IMG/VR virus record: IMGVR_UViG_3300032225_000686
Direction: 5' to 3' (one strand)
DNA from: a virus
Taxonomy: Duplodnaviria; Caudoviricetes
Length of the DNA: 64,000 nt
The notes below the pieces were generated by a model that made no database searches, had not been told where the DNA came from, and saw only the letters and a list, made by a program, of their open reading frames with translations. Of the stretch, positions 48,417 to 56,245 are shown one piece after another; within the stretch, counting starts at the first letter, position 1, and every line of letters starts with the position of its first letter. The position numbers and the translations under genes were made by a program.

Positions 48417-49325
48417 ATGCCAAAGCAAATACAAACATTGCAACCGTATAACCCAATATTTCAAAATGGGGATGTTGCGGGAGATTACTACAACGCATCA
48501 ATAGAAGATTCTATCAATAGGATCAGATATCGTTTTGTAAACCCAACAAACGAAGAATGTGCAAGTGCGGTCAATTCTAAGTACTCTGCCGCCTTGGCAA
48601 TTTATCTGCGAGGTAAAGAGGATGCTTATACAGCCTACAAGAACGCTGTTTTACAGGTCATAACCGATCTGTTGTTGGATTTGGCGGGCAGGGGGGCATG
48701 GGAAGCAATAAACGAAATTATCAAAAGCATATGGCAAAGTTCAAATGACTTTACCGTTAGTGCTGGAGTGGGCGGCTTTTCTCCTGATTCAACACCGCCA
48801 AGATTTCCAAATGGAGTTTTGGTTGACGGCGAATGGTATCCGGGTGCGAGTGATATTCGACAACGAAGACCATACTATGACCCTATTCTACGAAGAATAG
48901 TTCGACCTTGGGAAGATTACAGAATTCGTCCACCCGCACCACCTGAGCCACCACCACCAAAACCACCCGTTCCTCCAGTTGATCCTAAAACTTTAGAGCC
49001 TTGGCTCAAGAACAATTGGGGTAAGATTTTCGGTAGAGTTGCTATTGCTGATCTTTGGGGTCTGATTCTTGCGGCATTACAGAAGTTTTTGGCTCCTGCT
49101 TTGGTCGCTGCAATAGTCGCTGCATTTGCTACATTAGCCTATGCTTTGATAAATTTGAGAAGTATCTACGACACCGAGATTGATAGAATCAATCAAAAGA
49201 TCAAGGAACTTGATGATTGGAAAGCCAAGGCATTAGAATGTTGTGCAAGAGCCAAGGCATGTGGTTCAAGCGGTAATAGATGCCACACAAGCATCACCGA
49301 AGAACCCCAAAGCGATTGCCCATAA
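48417..49325 (+). CDS. Late protein with MPKQxQ N-terminus, Pro-rich linker, long hydrophobic helix, coiled coil and Cys-rich tail
   Basis: Features read directly from translation. Confidence 0.7.
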   Translation: MPKQIQTLQPYNPIFQNGDVAGDYYNASIEDSINRIRYRFVNPTNEECASAVNSKYSAALAIYLRGKEDAYTAYKNAVLQVITDLLLDLAGRGAWEAINEIIKSIWQSSNDFTVSAGVGGFSPDSTPPRFPNGVLVDGEWYPGASDIRQRRPYYDPILRRIVRPWEDYRIRPPAPPEPPPPKPPVPPVDPKTLEPWLKNNWGKIFGRVAIADLWGLILAALQKFLAPALVAAIVAAFATLAYALINLRSIYDTEIDRINQKIKELDDWKAKALECCARAKACGSSGNRCHTSITEEPQSDCP

Positions 49326-49430
49326 CGAGGGGACCAGAACACTTGGATTTTTACGGCCTTTTTCTTGGCCCTCGTTCTAAATACGGGTATACTTCGCACA
49401 CAGCGTACACAACGAACATGGAGATATACT

Positions 49431-50117
49431 ATGGCTCATGCTAATCAATACACAGGTAAGAATCATTTGGTTCGTGGGGTAGGTATAAATGACCTACCAA
49501 ATGAACCTATAGAATGGACTGAGAACGGCAAACGGGTACGCTGTCCAAAATATGTTTTGTGGAATGCAATTTTACAGAGATGTTACCGCCCGGGAAAATC
49601 TGAGATCATAGCATACAAAGGAGTCACGGTTCACCCCGATTGGATTTACCGTTCAAAGTTTAATGAATGGTTGAATAGCCAACCCCAAAACAATTGGCAA
49701 GAACTTCAAATTGACAAAGACCTGTTGGTAAAGGGCAACAAGGTTTACGGGCCTGATACCTGTTGCTTTTTGACTAATCAGGAGAATAATGTTTTTCGTC
49801 CTTTGACTTCAGATAGACTGGGATCTGCTGCTTTTGACAAATCTAAAAACTACAAAAAACCTTGGCGGGCTATGATTACTCAAAGCGGTATCAAAAGAAA
49901 TTTCGGTTACTTCTCAACCAAAGAAGAAGCAGAGTTTGTAGCCATGCGAGAGTTCATGCCGTATGTTATTGAAATTGCAAACGCTAATCCTCACAGGTTT
50001 ATTAGAGATGCCATGTACCGATGGATAGACGATTGGAAGCAGGAGTTGGCGGTACTAGAGGAAAAGGCAAGAGTGGCTACTTCTAGGAATGCTTTGCCGC
50101 TTTTTGAAATAAAGTGA
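49431..50117 (+). CDS. HNH homing-endonuclease-like protein with AP2-like C-terminal domain
   Basis: GVGIND, W-x2-ILQRCY, Y-x-GVTV-x2-DW, LQIDKDLL-x2-GNKVY-x-P-x-TCCF, WRAMI...GYF-x-T-x-EEA; GGAG RBS. Confidence 0.85.
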   Translation: MAHANQYTGKNHLVRGVGINDLPNEPIEWTENGKRVRCPKYVLWNAILQRCYRPGKSEIIAYKGVTVHPDWIYRSKFNEWLNSQPQNNWQELQIDKDLLVKGNKVYGPDTCCFLTNQENNVFRPLTSDRLGSAAFDKSKNYKKPWRAMITQSGIKRNFGYFSTKEEAEFVAMREFMPYVIEIANANPHRFIRDAMYRWIDDWKQELAVLEEKARVATSRNALPLFEIK

Positions 50118-50707
50118 GCAACCTAGACTTTCTAAATTTGTATTGGGAGACCTGCGATTCTGTTAGCAGCATTCGAAAGAGTAGACATTTCTTAAAGTTG
50201 GATGAACTACTGACAGAACAGATATCAGGGATAGGGATAAGAGAAGACCCGATATCAACAAGGTACAAGGGAACCAAACGATGGGATATGCACTTTCCTG
50301 ATAAGAAGGTAGCCATCGAATACAAGACCCTATCTTCGTTCAGTAAGAATGGAACTAGTGGAGGGAGTCTAGGAAAGGGATTGGGGAACCGTCTAGAAGA
50401 GGCTATCGGTTCAGCATTCGATCTCAAACAGAAAGATTCAAATTATAGGTTGGGCTATCTGATCGTCTTTGTATTCAGGGACGAGAAGTCAAATTATGAT
50501 AGCGTAGTCAAGAGAGCGATAGATGTATTTGATAAGTTGATTGAGGATGGACTCTATGATTTCTTCTGCCCCCTGTTTACTAGGGGACTGAACACTCATG
50601 GGGAACTATCGGAAACTTACTCTTTCGATAGGTTTATTGGTGATATTAGGGCGGTTCGAATACCTGAATCCCACACTTTCCCACTATACCCCACTTCCCC
50701 CCACTAA
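50114..50707 (+). CDS. XhoI/PaeR7I-family PD-(D/E)xK restriction-endonuclease-like protein
   Basis: TKRWD...AIEYK...GNRLEEAIGSAFDL...LGYL matches recalled family pattern. Confidence 0.7.
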   Translation: MSNLDFLNLYWETCDSVSSIRKSRHFLKLDELLTEQISGIGIREDPISTRYKGTKRWDMHFPDKKVAIEYKTLSSFSKNGTSGGSLGKGLGNRLEEAIGSAFDLKQKDSNYRLGYLIVFVFRDEKSNYDSVVKRAIDVFDKLIEDGLYDFFCPLFTRGLNTHGELSETYSFDRFIGDIRAVRIPESHTFPLYPTSPH

Positions 50708-50761
50708 AAACATATGGGGGAATAATGAAAATCGTGTTCGTGTTAGCGGTAGGTATATCGC

Positions 50762-50865
50762 GTTGTCAAGGGGGCGCGGCAGAAATTTCAAAAGATTCTA
50801 GAAATTTTCTGTTGTCAAGGTCCGACCGCAGATTATTTTCAAAATTCTTCTAGAATCTTTTTGAA
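50762..50865. repeat. Imperfect direct repeat with embedded inverted repeat in AT-rich non-coding DNA
   Basis: GTTGTCAAGG-n7-GCAGA..TTTCAAAA..TTCTAGAA twice; TTCAAAAGATTCTAGAA (50787-50803) is inverted against TTCTAGAATCTTTTTGAA (50848-50865). Confidence 0.65.
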
Positions 50866-50894
50866 GAAATCGTGCCAGAATTTTACCAAGAGGG

Positions 50895-50922
50895 TTGACT
50901 TCCCCTAGCCATTGGTTATAAT
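50895..50922 (+). promoter_or_regulatory. Sigma70-type early promoter, leaderless
   Basis: TTGACT-16-TATAAT; AT-rich upstream; 6 nt to ATG 50929. Confidence 0.85.
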
Positions 50923-50928
50923 TGAGGT

Positions 50929-52161
50929 ATGAGCATGACCCGTGAACAGACCCGTACCGCCTTCGTGACCGCCGCCTACACCTTGACTGGTGGCGAGCCG
51001 GTCATCACCCGTCCGCAAGTTTTGGAAGCCGCCGCGAAAGCCGGTGTGCCGAACCCCGCGTGGCTGACGAACGATCCCGCCTATCGCGCCGGTCGTGGGC
51101 AGTACCGTCTGCCGCCGATGCACCAAGCGTCCCGTCCTGCCGTTCCTGCCGCCCCTGTGGAGGAGGCTCCGATGGCTACCGCCGCTGCCCCGTGCAGTCT
51201 GGTGGACCTGAACTTGTCCATGCAGGCGATTGAGGCGGGTGGCTCTGCGGTCCCCTCCAAGGATTCGCTGTTCGTGCCGTATGGCGATCACGACACCATC
51301 GTGACCATCATCAAGAGCCGCCGATGGGCCCCTTCCTATGTGGTCGGTCCCTCGGGTTGCGGTAAGACCTTCTCGTATCAGCAGGCGTGTGCCGAACTGA
51401 GCCGCGAGTACTTCGAAGTCCAGATCACCTCGGAGACCACCGAAGACGATCTGCTCGGTGGGTTCCGTCTGGTTGCAGGAGAGACCAAGTTCGTCTACGG
51501 TCCCGTGGCTCTCGCCATGCTCCGTGGCGGGTTCCTTGTCCTTGACGAGATTGACCAAGCCACCAACAAGGTGATGTGCCTTCAGCAGGTTCTCAACGGC
51601 AAGCCCGTGTTCCTGAAGAAGATCAACCAGTGGGTCAAGCCCGCCGCAGGATTCAATGTGGGTGCGACCGCCAACACCAAGGGCAACGGTGACGAGAGCG
51701 GCCGATTCGTCGGGGCTAACCCGCTGAATGTGGCCTTCCGCGACCGCCTGTCAGGCATGACCTTCGTCGCTGATTACCCCGCCGCTGCCGTGGAGCGCAA
51801 GATTCTCGGCAAGGCTATGGAAGCCGTGGGCGTGAGCGACGAGGAGTTCGGCAAGCGTCTGGTGGAGTGGGCAGGCGTGATTCGCAAGACCAACCGTGAG
51901 GGCGGTATGGAAGAGACCATCACCACTCGCCGACTGGTTCAGATCTCGCAGAACCTCGCCATCCTCGGGAGCCGCGTGAAGTGTGTGGAACTCGGAACCA
52001 ACATCTACGACGAGGTGACCCGCGAAGCCATGCTCAACCTGTACAAGAAGGTTGACGAGGAGGCCGAACCGAAGGTGAAGGGGCAGGATGATCTCGGCAA
52101 GGCTCCCGTCGCTGCGGGAACCACCGCTGCCGCCGCCAACACCAACGCCTGTCCGTTCTGA
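50929..52161 (+). CDS. MoxR/CobS-like AAA+ ATPase with extra N-terminal domain
   Basis: GPSGCGKT, EDDLLGG, LVLDEID, ATANTKG, AFRDR, ITTRRL. Confidence 0.9.
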   Translation: MSMTREQTRTAFVTAAYTLTGGEPVITRPQVLEAAAKAGVPNPAWLTNDPAYRAGRGQYRLPPMHQASRPAVPAAPVEEAPMATAAAPCSLVDLNLSMQAIEAGGSAVPSKDSLFVPYGDHDTIVTIIKSRRWAPSYVVGPSGCGKTFSYQQACAELSREYFEVQITSETTEDDLLGGFRLVAGETKFVYGPVALAMLRGGFLVLDEIDQATNKVMCLQQVLNGKPVFLKKINQWVKPAAGFNVGATANTKGNGDESGRFVGANPLNVAFRDRLSGMTFVADYPAAAVERKILGKAMEAVGVSDEEFGKRLVEWAGVIRKTNREGGMEETITTRRLVQISQNLAILGSRVKCVELGTNIYDEVTREAMLNLYKKVDEEAEPKVKGQDDLGKAPVAAGTTAAAANTNACPF

Positions 52162-52270
52162 GGGGAAAGCGGGATTGATTTTCAAAAAGTGTTAGATAGC
52201 ATCAGCGAACATTTAAAATCAAACACCGACTACTACGCAATCAACGCCTAACAAAATCGTCAGAAACTTC

Positions 52271-52298
52271 TTGACATCAAACTGAAACCTGTTATAAT
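52271..52298 (+). promoter_or_regulatory. Sigma70-type early promoter
   Basis: Perfect TTGACA-16-TATAAT. Confidence 0.85.
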
Positions 52299-52311
52299 AG
52301 GAGAAATCAAA

Positions 52312-52632
52312 ATGACTACGACCAACACCACACTCACGATCAAGCCGCGTCAGGCTAACTTCCTAGCCGCGTTTGAACTCAAGTACGGCCGCCCTGCTAC
52401 CGTCACCCGTAAGGCTCTTGTCTCGTTCAAGCAGACTTGGGCTAACGGGGAGAAGGGTCCGTTTGGATTCACTCTGCGTTGGCCTGCGTGGCTCACGAAC
52501 TCCAGTAACTTTACTGTTCAGCGAGCGATCTATGCCCTCCCGTGGAATGAGTATGATGCATTCTTGGCTTCTGCATCAAACGGTTCGCAGCCGGTTACTC
52601 CCACGGATGCCGCTGATCCTGCGACGAACTGA
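52312..52632 (+). CDS. Stand-alone homologue of the AAA ATPase N-terminal domain
   Basis: TVTR...PAWLTN...R-x2-Y-x-LP shared with the first ~62 aa of 50929. Confidence 0.75.
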   Translation: MTTTNTTLTIKPRQANFLAAFELKYGRPATVTRKALVSFKQTWANGEKGPFGFTLRWPAWLTNSSNFTVQRAIYALPWNEYDAFLASASNGSQPVTPTDAADPATN

Positions 52633-52780
52633 GGGAGCCGTGGACACTCCGGTTAGAGTGTCAACCCCCGCTGCTCAAGACCTTGAATCTTGAGGAGCAA
52701 CCCCCCTCGGAAGTTGAAAGACTTCCAAGGGATTTCAACCTAGTAGTGCCACCAAGGCCGGTCGCACTACGCATTCTCAA
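52633..52780 (+). ncRNA. Structured intergenic/leader RNA (four hairpins, possible pseudoknot)
   Basis: GACACTC/GAGTGTC, CTCAAGA/TCTTGAG, GGAAGTT-GAAA-GACTTCC and GTAGTGC/GCACTAC stems. Confidence 0.5.
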
Positions 52781-52792
52781 AGGAGATTTACT

Positions 52793-53092
52793 ATGGCCAT
52801 TACTGCTGCCCGTCGTACCAACAAGACCCGTCGCTCTCGCGTTGCTGCTCAGAACCTCATGGAAGGTGATGAGTTCATCATGCACGGCGAGCCGAACATC
52901 TTCGTTGATCGCATCAGCCGCAACGAGGATCGCGGCACGGTTCGCGTCACCTTCAGCAACGGCATGAAGCGTAACTATTCGTGGGGCTACAAGGCTCTCA
53001 TCGTTGAGACCCCGAGCCGCCACAACTTCCGTCGCAACACTCTGCGCCGCGCTGGTTACCCCAACTACTACGAGTACACCTGTGGTATCTAA
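52793..53092 (+). CDS. Small Arg-rich protein (SH3/KOW-like pattern)
   Basis: AAGGAG RBS; island-type codon usage. Confidence 0.75.
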   Translation: MAITAARRTNKTRRSRVAAQNLMEGDEFIMHGEPNIFVDRISRNEDRGTVRVTFSNGMKRNYSWGYKALIVETPSRHNFRRNTLRRAGYPNYYEYTCGI

Positions 53093-53119
53093 TATTCACA
53101 TTGTATAAGGAATTTCAGA

Positions 53120-53290
53120 TTCCAAGCATTGCGTCTTGGGTCTCTAGTTCCAATCACTAAATTACTGGTTGGTGGGTGGGGGCTAGGCGATTATAATGAA
53201 CTCCTGTGGAACACGCCTAGTTCCCCTACCGCCGACCGGACAAAGAAGAGACTTCGGTCCTGCCCCTACTTCGGTGGGGGCTATTTGTTA
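53120..53290 (+). ncRNA. Rod-like structured RNA ending in a UUCG terminator
   Basis: 53165-53189 pairs with 53214-53239 (several G-U pairs); 53138-53145 pairs with 53247-53254. Confidence 0.5.
53262..53289 (+). terminator. Rho-independent terminator
   Basis: GCCCCTAC-TTCG-GTGGGGGC followed by TATTTGTT. Confidence 0.75.
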
Positions 53291-53309
53291 TCGGACCCAA
53301 AAATAGTTC

Positions 53310-53337
53310 TTGACTTTTCTCAAATCGGGTGTATAAT
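53310..53337 (+). promoter_or_regulatory. Sigma70-type promoter with no ORF immediately downstream
   Basis: TTGACT-16-TATAAT. Confidence 0.8.
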
Positions 53338-53343
53338 AATAGT

Positions 53344-53398
53344 ACCGCAGTTGGGTGTCAACGAGGCTGTTGTGGTCTCACACCCCCCTGCGGCTTCT
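53344..53398 (+). ncRNA. Putative ~50-nt hairpin small RNA
   Basis: CCGCAG/CTGCGG, GGGTGT/ACACCC and GAGGC/GTCTC stems starting at the predicted TSS. Confidence 0.55.
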
Positions 53399-53419
53399 AA
53401 AAAATCTTGATCGTGGGGC

Positions 53420-53447
53420 TTGACTTTCCCCACCAACTCGCTATAAT
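53420..53447 (+). promoter_or_regulatory. Sigma70-type early promoter, leaderless
   Basis: TTGACT-16-TATAAT; 8 nt to ATG 53456. Confidence 0.85.
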
Positions 53448-53455
53448 AAAAAAGT

Positions 53456-55774
53456 ATGACACAGACCCTCTCAAAGACAACCGTTGAATCCAAGGCAGTC
53501 CTCGCTCGCATGTTGGCCACCGAGAACCTGTCGGTGGAACACAACCCCAAGGCGGAGACCGCCTACTTCGATATCGAGAATCGGAAGTTGGTCTTCCCGT
53601 GTTGGGAGGGCATGACCGATCACCTGTACGATATGCTGGCAGGTCATGAGACCGCCCATGCCCTGTTCACGCCCGCCGGTGAAGCCGCCCTGTTCGAAGC
53701 CATCAAGGCAGTTGACCCGCGTCCTGAAGCCGCGTCTGCCGTGAAGGGTTACCTGAACATCGTGGAGGATGCCCGAATTGAGCGACTGGTCAAGGAGAAG
53801 TATCCGGGTCTGCGTCGGACCTTCTTCCTCGCCTATCAGGATCTGGTGAAGAGCGATATCATGGCTCCCGCCGTGCATCAGATTGCCACGCTGCGTCTGA
53901 TCGACCGAGCCAACATGCACTACAAGGTTGGAACCTTCGTGAATGTCCCCTTCACCGATGCGGAACTGCGTCTGGTGAAGCGAATGGCTACCACCAAGAC
54001 CTTCGAAGATGTGGTGGCTCTCGCCCGCGACCTGTGGCAGCATGAGAAGGATGAGAAGAAGAAGCAGGAGGAAGAGCAGAAGCAGCAGGAGTCGCAGCAG
54101 GGTTCTTCCGCTTCCTCTCCCGAAGGCGAAGAGGGCGAAGAGTCCGAGGCTAGCGGTAGCGATTCGCAGCAGCAGGAGAACGGCGAAGAGAACAAGGGCA
54201 AGGGTAAGAGCAAGAAGACCGAGGGCGAAGAGAAGCCTTCCGAAGAGAACAGCGGCGGTGGCAACTCCACGCCGAACAATGGTCAGGAGACCGAGGGTGG
54301 CGAAGGCGATAACAGCCCCAACAGCGGTGGCGAGCCGATGCCCGAGGAGAGCAAGACCGATGGGATGCTGAATGAGTACAGCAAGTCGAAGCGGAATGAA
54401 AAGGCCAACTACTTCGTGACCGCCGACCTGCCGAAGTTCAACACCGCGAAGGGCATCATCCCCGCTAGCACGGTGGTCCCGATGCTCGTTGAGTGTGGTG
54501 AGAAGAACAACGGTCTGAAGTTCTTCACCGAGTGGAAGGAGCGCAATGCCGAGAGCGTTGCCGTCCTGTGCCGCGAGTTCGAACGCCGCCGCGCTGCCGA
54601 AGCCGCGAGCCGTACCTCCATGAGCGATTCGGGAACGATTGATGTGAACCGCCTGTGGTCCTACCGCGTGAGCGACGAGATCTTCCGTCAGTACGCAAAT
54701 GTGAAGAATGGTCAGAGCCACGGCATTCAAGTGTTCGTGGACTTCAGCGGCTCCATGAGTGGCATCCTGTACGAGACCATGAGTCAGATGGTTTCCCTCG
54801 CTGCCTTCTGCCGCCGAATGAACATCCCCTTCGATGTCTACGCCTTCACCGATGGTCTGCCGACGCAATGGCTGACCGATGTGGATGGCGAGACCCTGCG
54901 GACAATGGGTTCGGATGGCTACAATAAGGAAATGAGTCCTTGGATTCAGACCGAGAAGACTATGAGAATGAGTCACACTCACTTCCGTCTGGTTCATCTG
55001 CTGACGAGTGGTCTGTCGGAGCGAAACTTCCGCATGGCCGTGGGTGGTATGCTCGCCATCGTTTCCCGTGCCGTGGCGGATAGCGATTGGGGTAGCGGCA
55101 AGGCCAATCGTAGTGCGGCTCAACTGTTCCGCCTGAATGGAACCCCGACCAATCAGGCAACGCTCGCCGCGATGACCATCATCCCCGAGTTCCGTAAGAA
55201 GAACAATCTGCAAATCGTCCACGCGGTCTTCCTGACCGATGGAGAGAGTGGTGACCGCTTCTCTGGTCCGACCAAGTACGAGAACATTTACGGTCGCAGC
55301 ACCGTTGATGTCTACGGTTACGAACTGCGCGATAGCGTGACGGGTAACACCGAGAAGGCGATGAATTCCTACTGCGCGACGAGTCAGAACCGTGCGCTGA
55401 ATCACCTGCTCGCCAAGCGTATCCCCGGCTGCAATGTGATCGGCATCTCCCTCTGCCCGACCCGCGAGTTCCGAACCAAGATGTCTGACGGTCTCGCCAA
55501 GCGGAAGAATCGCTACGGCTTCGATGTCGAGATGGAAGCCGCAAAGGTGAAGGGCTTCTGCGAGGCTGAGGACTGCTACGGTTACACCAAGTGGTTTGGA
55601 ATGAACGCTCCCCACCTTGATTCGAATGACTACTTCATGGGCATCACCGACGATGCACCGAAGGCAGTACTGACCAAGGCATTCGCCAAGACGATCAAGC
55701 AGGGTACGATGAACCGTCTGCTCCTGAGCCGCTTCGTGGACCTGATCGCTAATCACGGCGCGAAGAAGAATTGA
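53456..55774 (+). CDS. CobT-like zincin (HExxH) + acidic linker + vWA (MIDAS) protein; partner of the AAA ATPase
   Basis: LA-x2-LATENL-x-VEH, TAYFD, GHETAHALFT, NIVEDARIE, DFSGSM, GTP, LTDGE. Confidence 0.88.
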   Translation: MTQTLSKTTVESKAVLARMLATENLSVEHNPKAETAYFDIENRKLVFPCWEGMTDHLYDMLAGHETAHALFTPAGEAALFEAIKAVDPRPEAASAVKGYLNIVEDARIERLVKEKYPGLRRTFFLAYQDLVKSDIMAPAVHQIATLRLIDRANMHYKVGTFVNVPFTDAELRLVKRMATTKTFEDVVALARDLWQHEKDEKKKQEEEQKQQESQQGSSASSPEGEEGEESEASGSDSQQQENGEENKGKGKSKKTEGEEKPSEENSGGGNSTPNNGQETEGGEGDNSPNSGGEPMPEESKTDGMLNEYSKSKRNEKANYFVTADLPKFNTAKGIIPASTVVPMLVECGEKNNGLKFFTEWKERNAESVAVLCREFERRRAAEAASRTSMSDSGTIDVNRLWSYRVSDEIFRQYANVKNGQSHGIQVFVDFSGSMSGILYETMSQMVSLAAFCRRMNIPFDVYAFTDGLPTQWLTDVDGETLRTMGSDGYNKEMSPWIQTEKTMRMSHTHFRLVHLLTSGLSERNFRMAVGGMLAIVSRAVADSDWGSGKANRSAAQLFRLNGTPTNQATLAAMTIIPEFRKKNNLQIVHAVFLTDGESGDRFSGPTKYENIYGRSTVDVYGYELRDSVTGNTEKAMNSYCATSQNRALNHLLAKRIPGCNVIGISLCPTREFRTKMSDGLAKRKNRYGFDVEMEAAKVKGFCEAEDCYGYTKWFGMNAPHLDSNDYFMGITDDAPKAVLTKAFAKTIKQGTMNRLLLSRFVDLIANHGAKKN

Positions 55775-55797
55775 ATTTTCAAAAAGGAGAAAGACCA

Positions 55798-56184
55798 ATG
55801 TATCGCATGACCGTAATCACCGAACCGCAGAACGCAAGCCAAGAAAAACTTCCGCCTATCCCTCTTCATAAGGCATGGCTCTACCACACCGATACCAATA
55901 CATGGCTACTGCATCTAGAGGGACAGTTCACTGGTGTGGGCGTATCCGCTGTCCGAGCCAACGCTGGAGTTTCTCTGTACGATCTCTACGGACACTTCCG
56001 CCCTGTAGAAATTCAAATCACCTGCACCAACAAGGATGAGTTTTTGAAACTTCGTGGTTCTCACAAGGTCTCACAGATCATGTTGGGTGACCCTGAAGAT
56101 GGTGGAGTGGATCATATCAGCGTGTCTATGACCAACATCACTAACGACAAGTGGACTGATGTAGCGAAGTGGAGCCGCGACTGA
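55798..56184 (+). CDS. Hypothetical protein
   Basis: AAGGAG RBS before ATG 55798. Confidence 0.7.
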   Translation: MYRMTVITEPQNASQEKLPPIPLHKAWLYHTDTNTWLLHLEGQFTGVGVSAVRANAGVSLYDLYGHFRPVEIQITCTNKDEFLKLRGSHKVSQIMLGDPEDGGVDHISVSMTNITNDKWTDVAKWSRD

Positions 56185-56206
56185 ACTAACGAGCGTTTGA
56201 GGGTCT

Positions 56207-56245
56207 GACCCCTGTAGGTGTAAAAGCCTACGGGGGTTTTTGTTT
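56207..56245 (+). terminator. Rho-independent terminator
   Basis: ACCCCTGTAGGT-GTAAAA-GCCTACGGGGGT plus T tract. Confidence 0.85.

Noticed and set aside
49431-50117. HNH gene as part of a self-splicing intron
   Set aside because: It does not interrupt a recognisable gene; it appears free-standing
52629-52726. Hammerhead or c-di-GMP riboswitch identity for the structured leader
   Set aside because: No CUGAnGA core and no match to the consensus I recall; left as an unassigned structured RNA
50929-55774. Literal cobalamin-biosynthesis (cobS/cobT) auxiliary metabolic genes
   Set aside because: No cobN or other cob genes; the HExxH-vWA architecture fits the phage MoxR-vWA family, so no gene symbol was given
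53471-55798. 775-aa antisense ORF over the vWA gene (also 50905-51558 and 51751-52185 over the ATPase)
   Set aside because: Expected shadow of GC-biased codon usage (no TTA/CTA/TCA codons in the sense frame); no promoter, RBS or recognisable motifs
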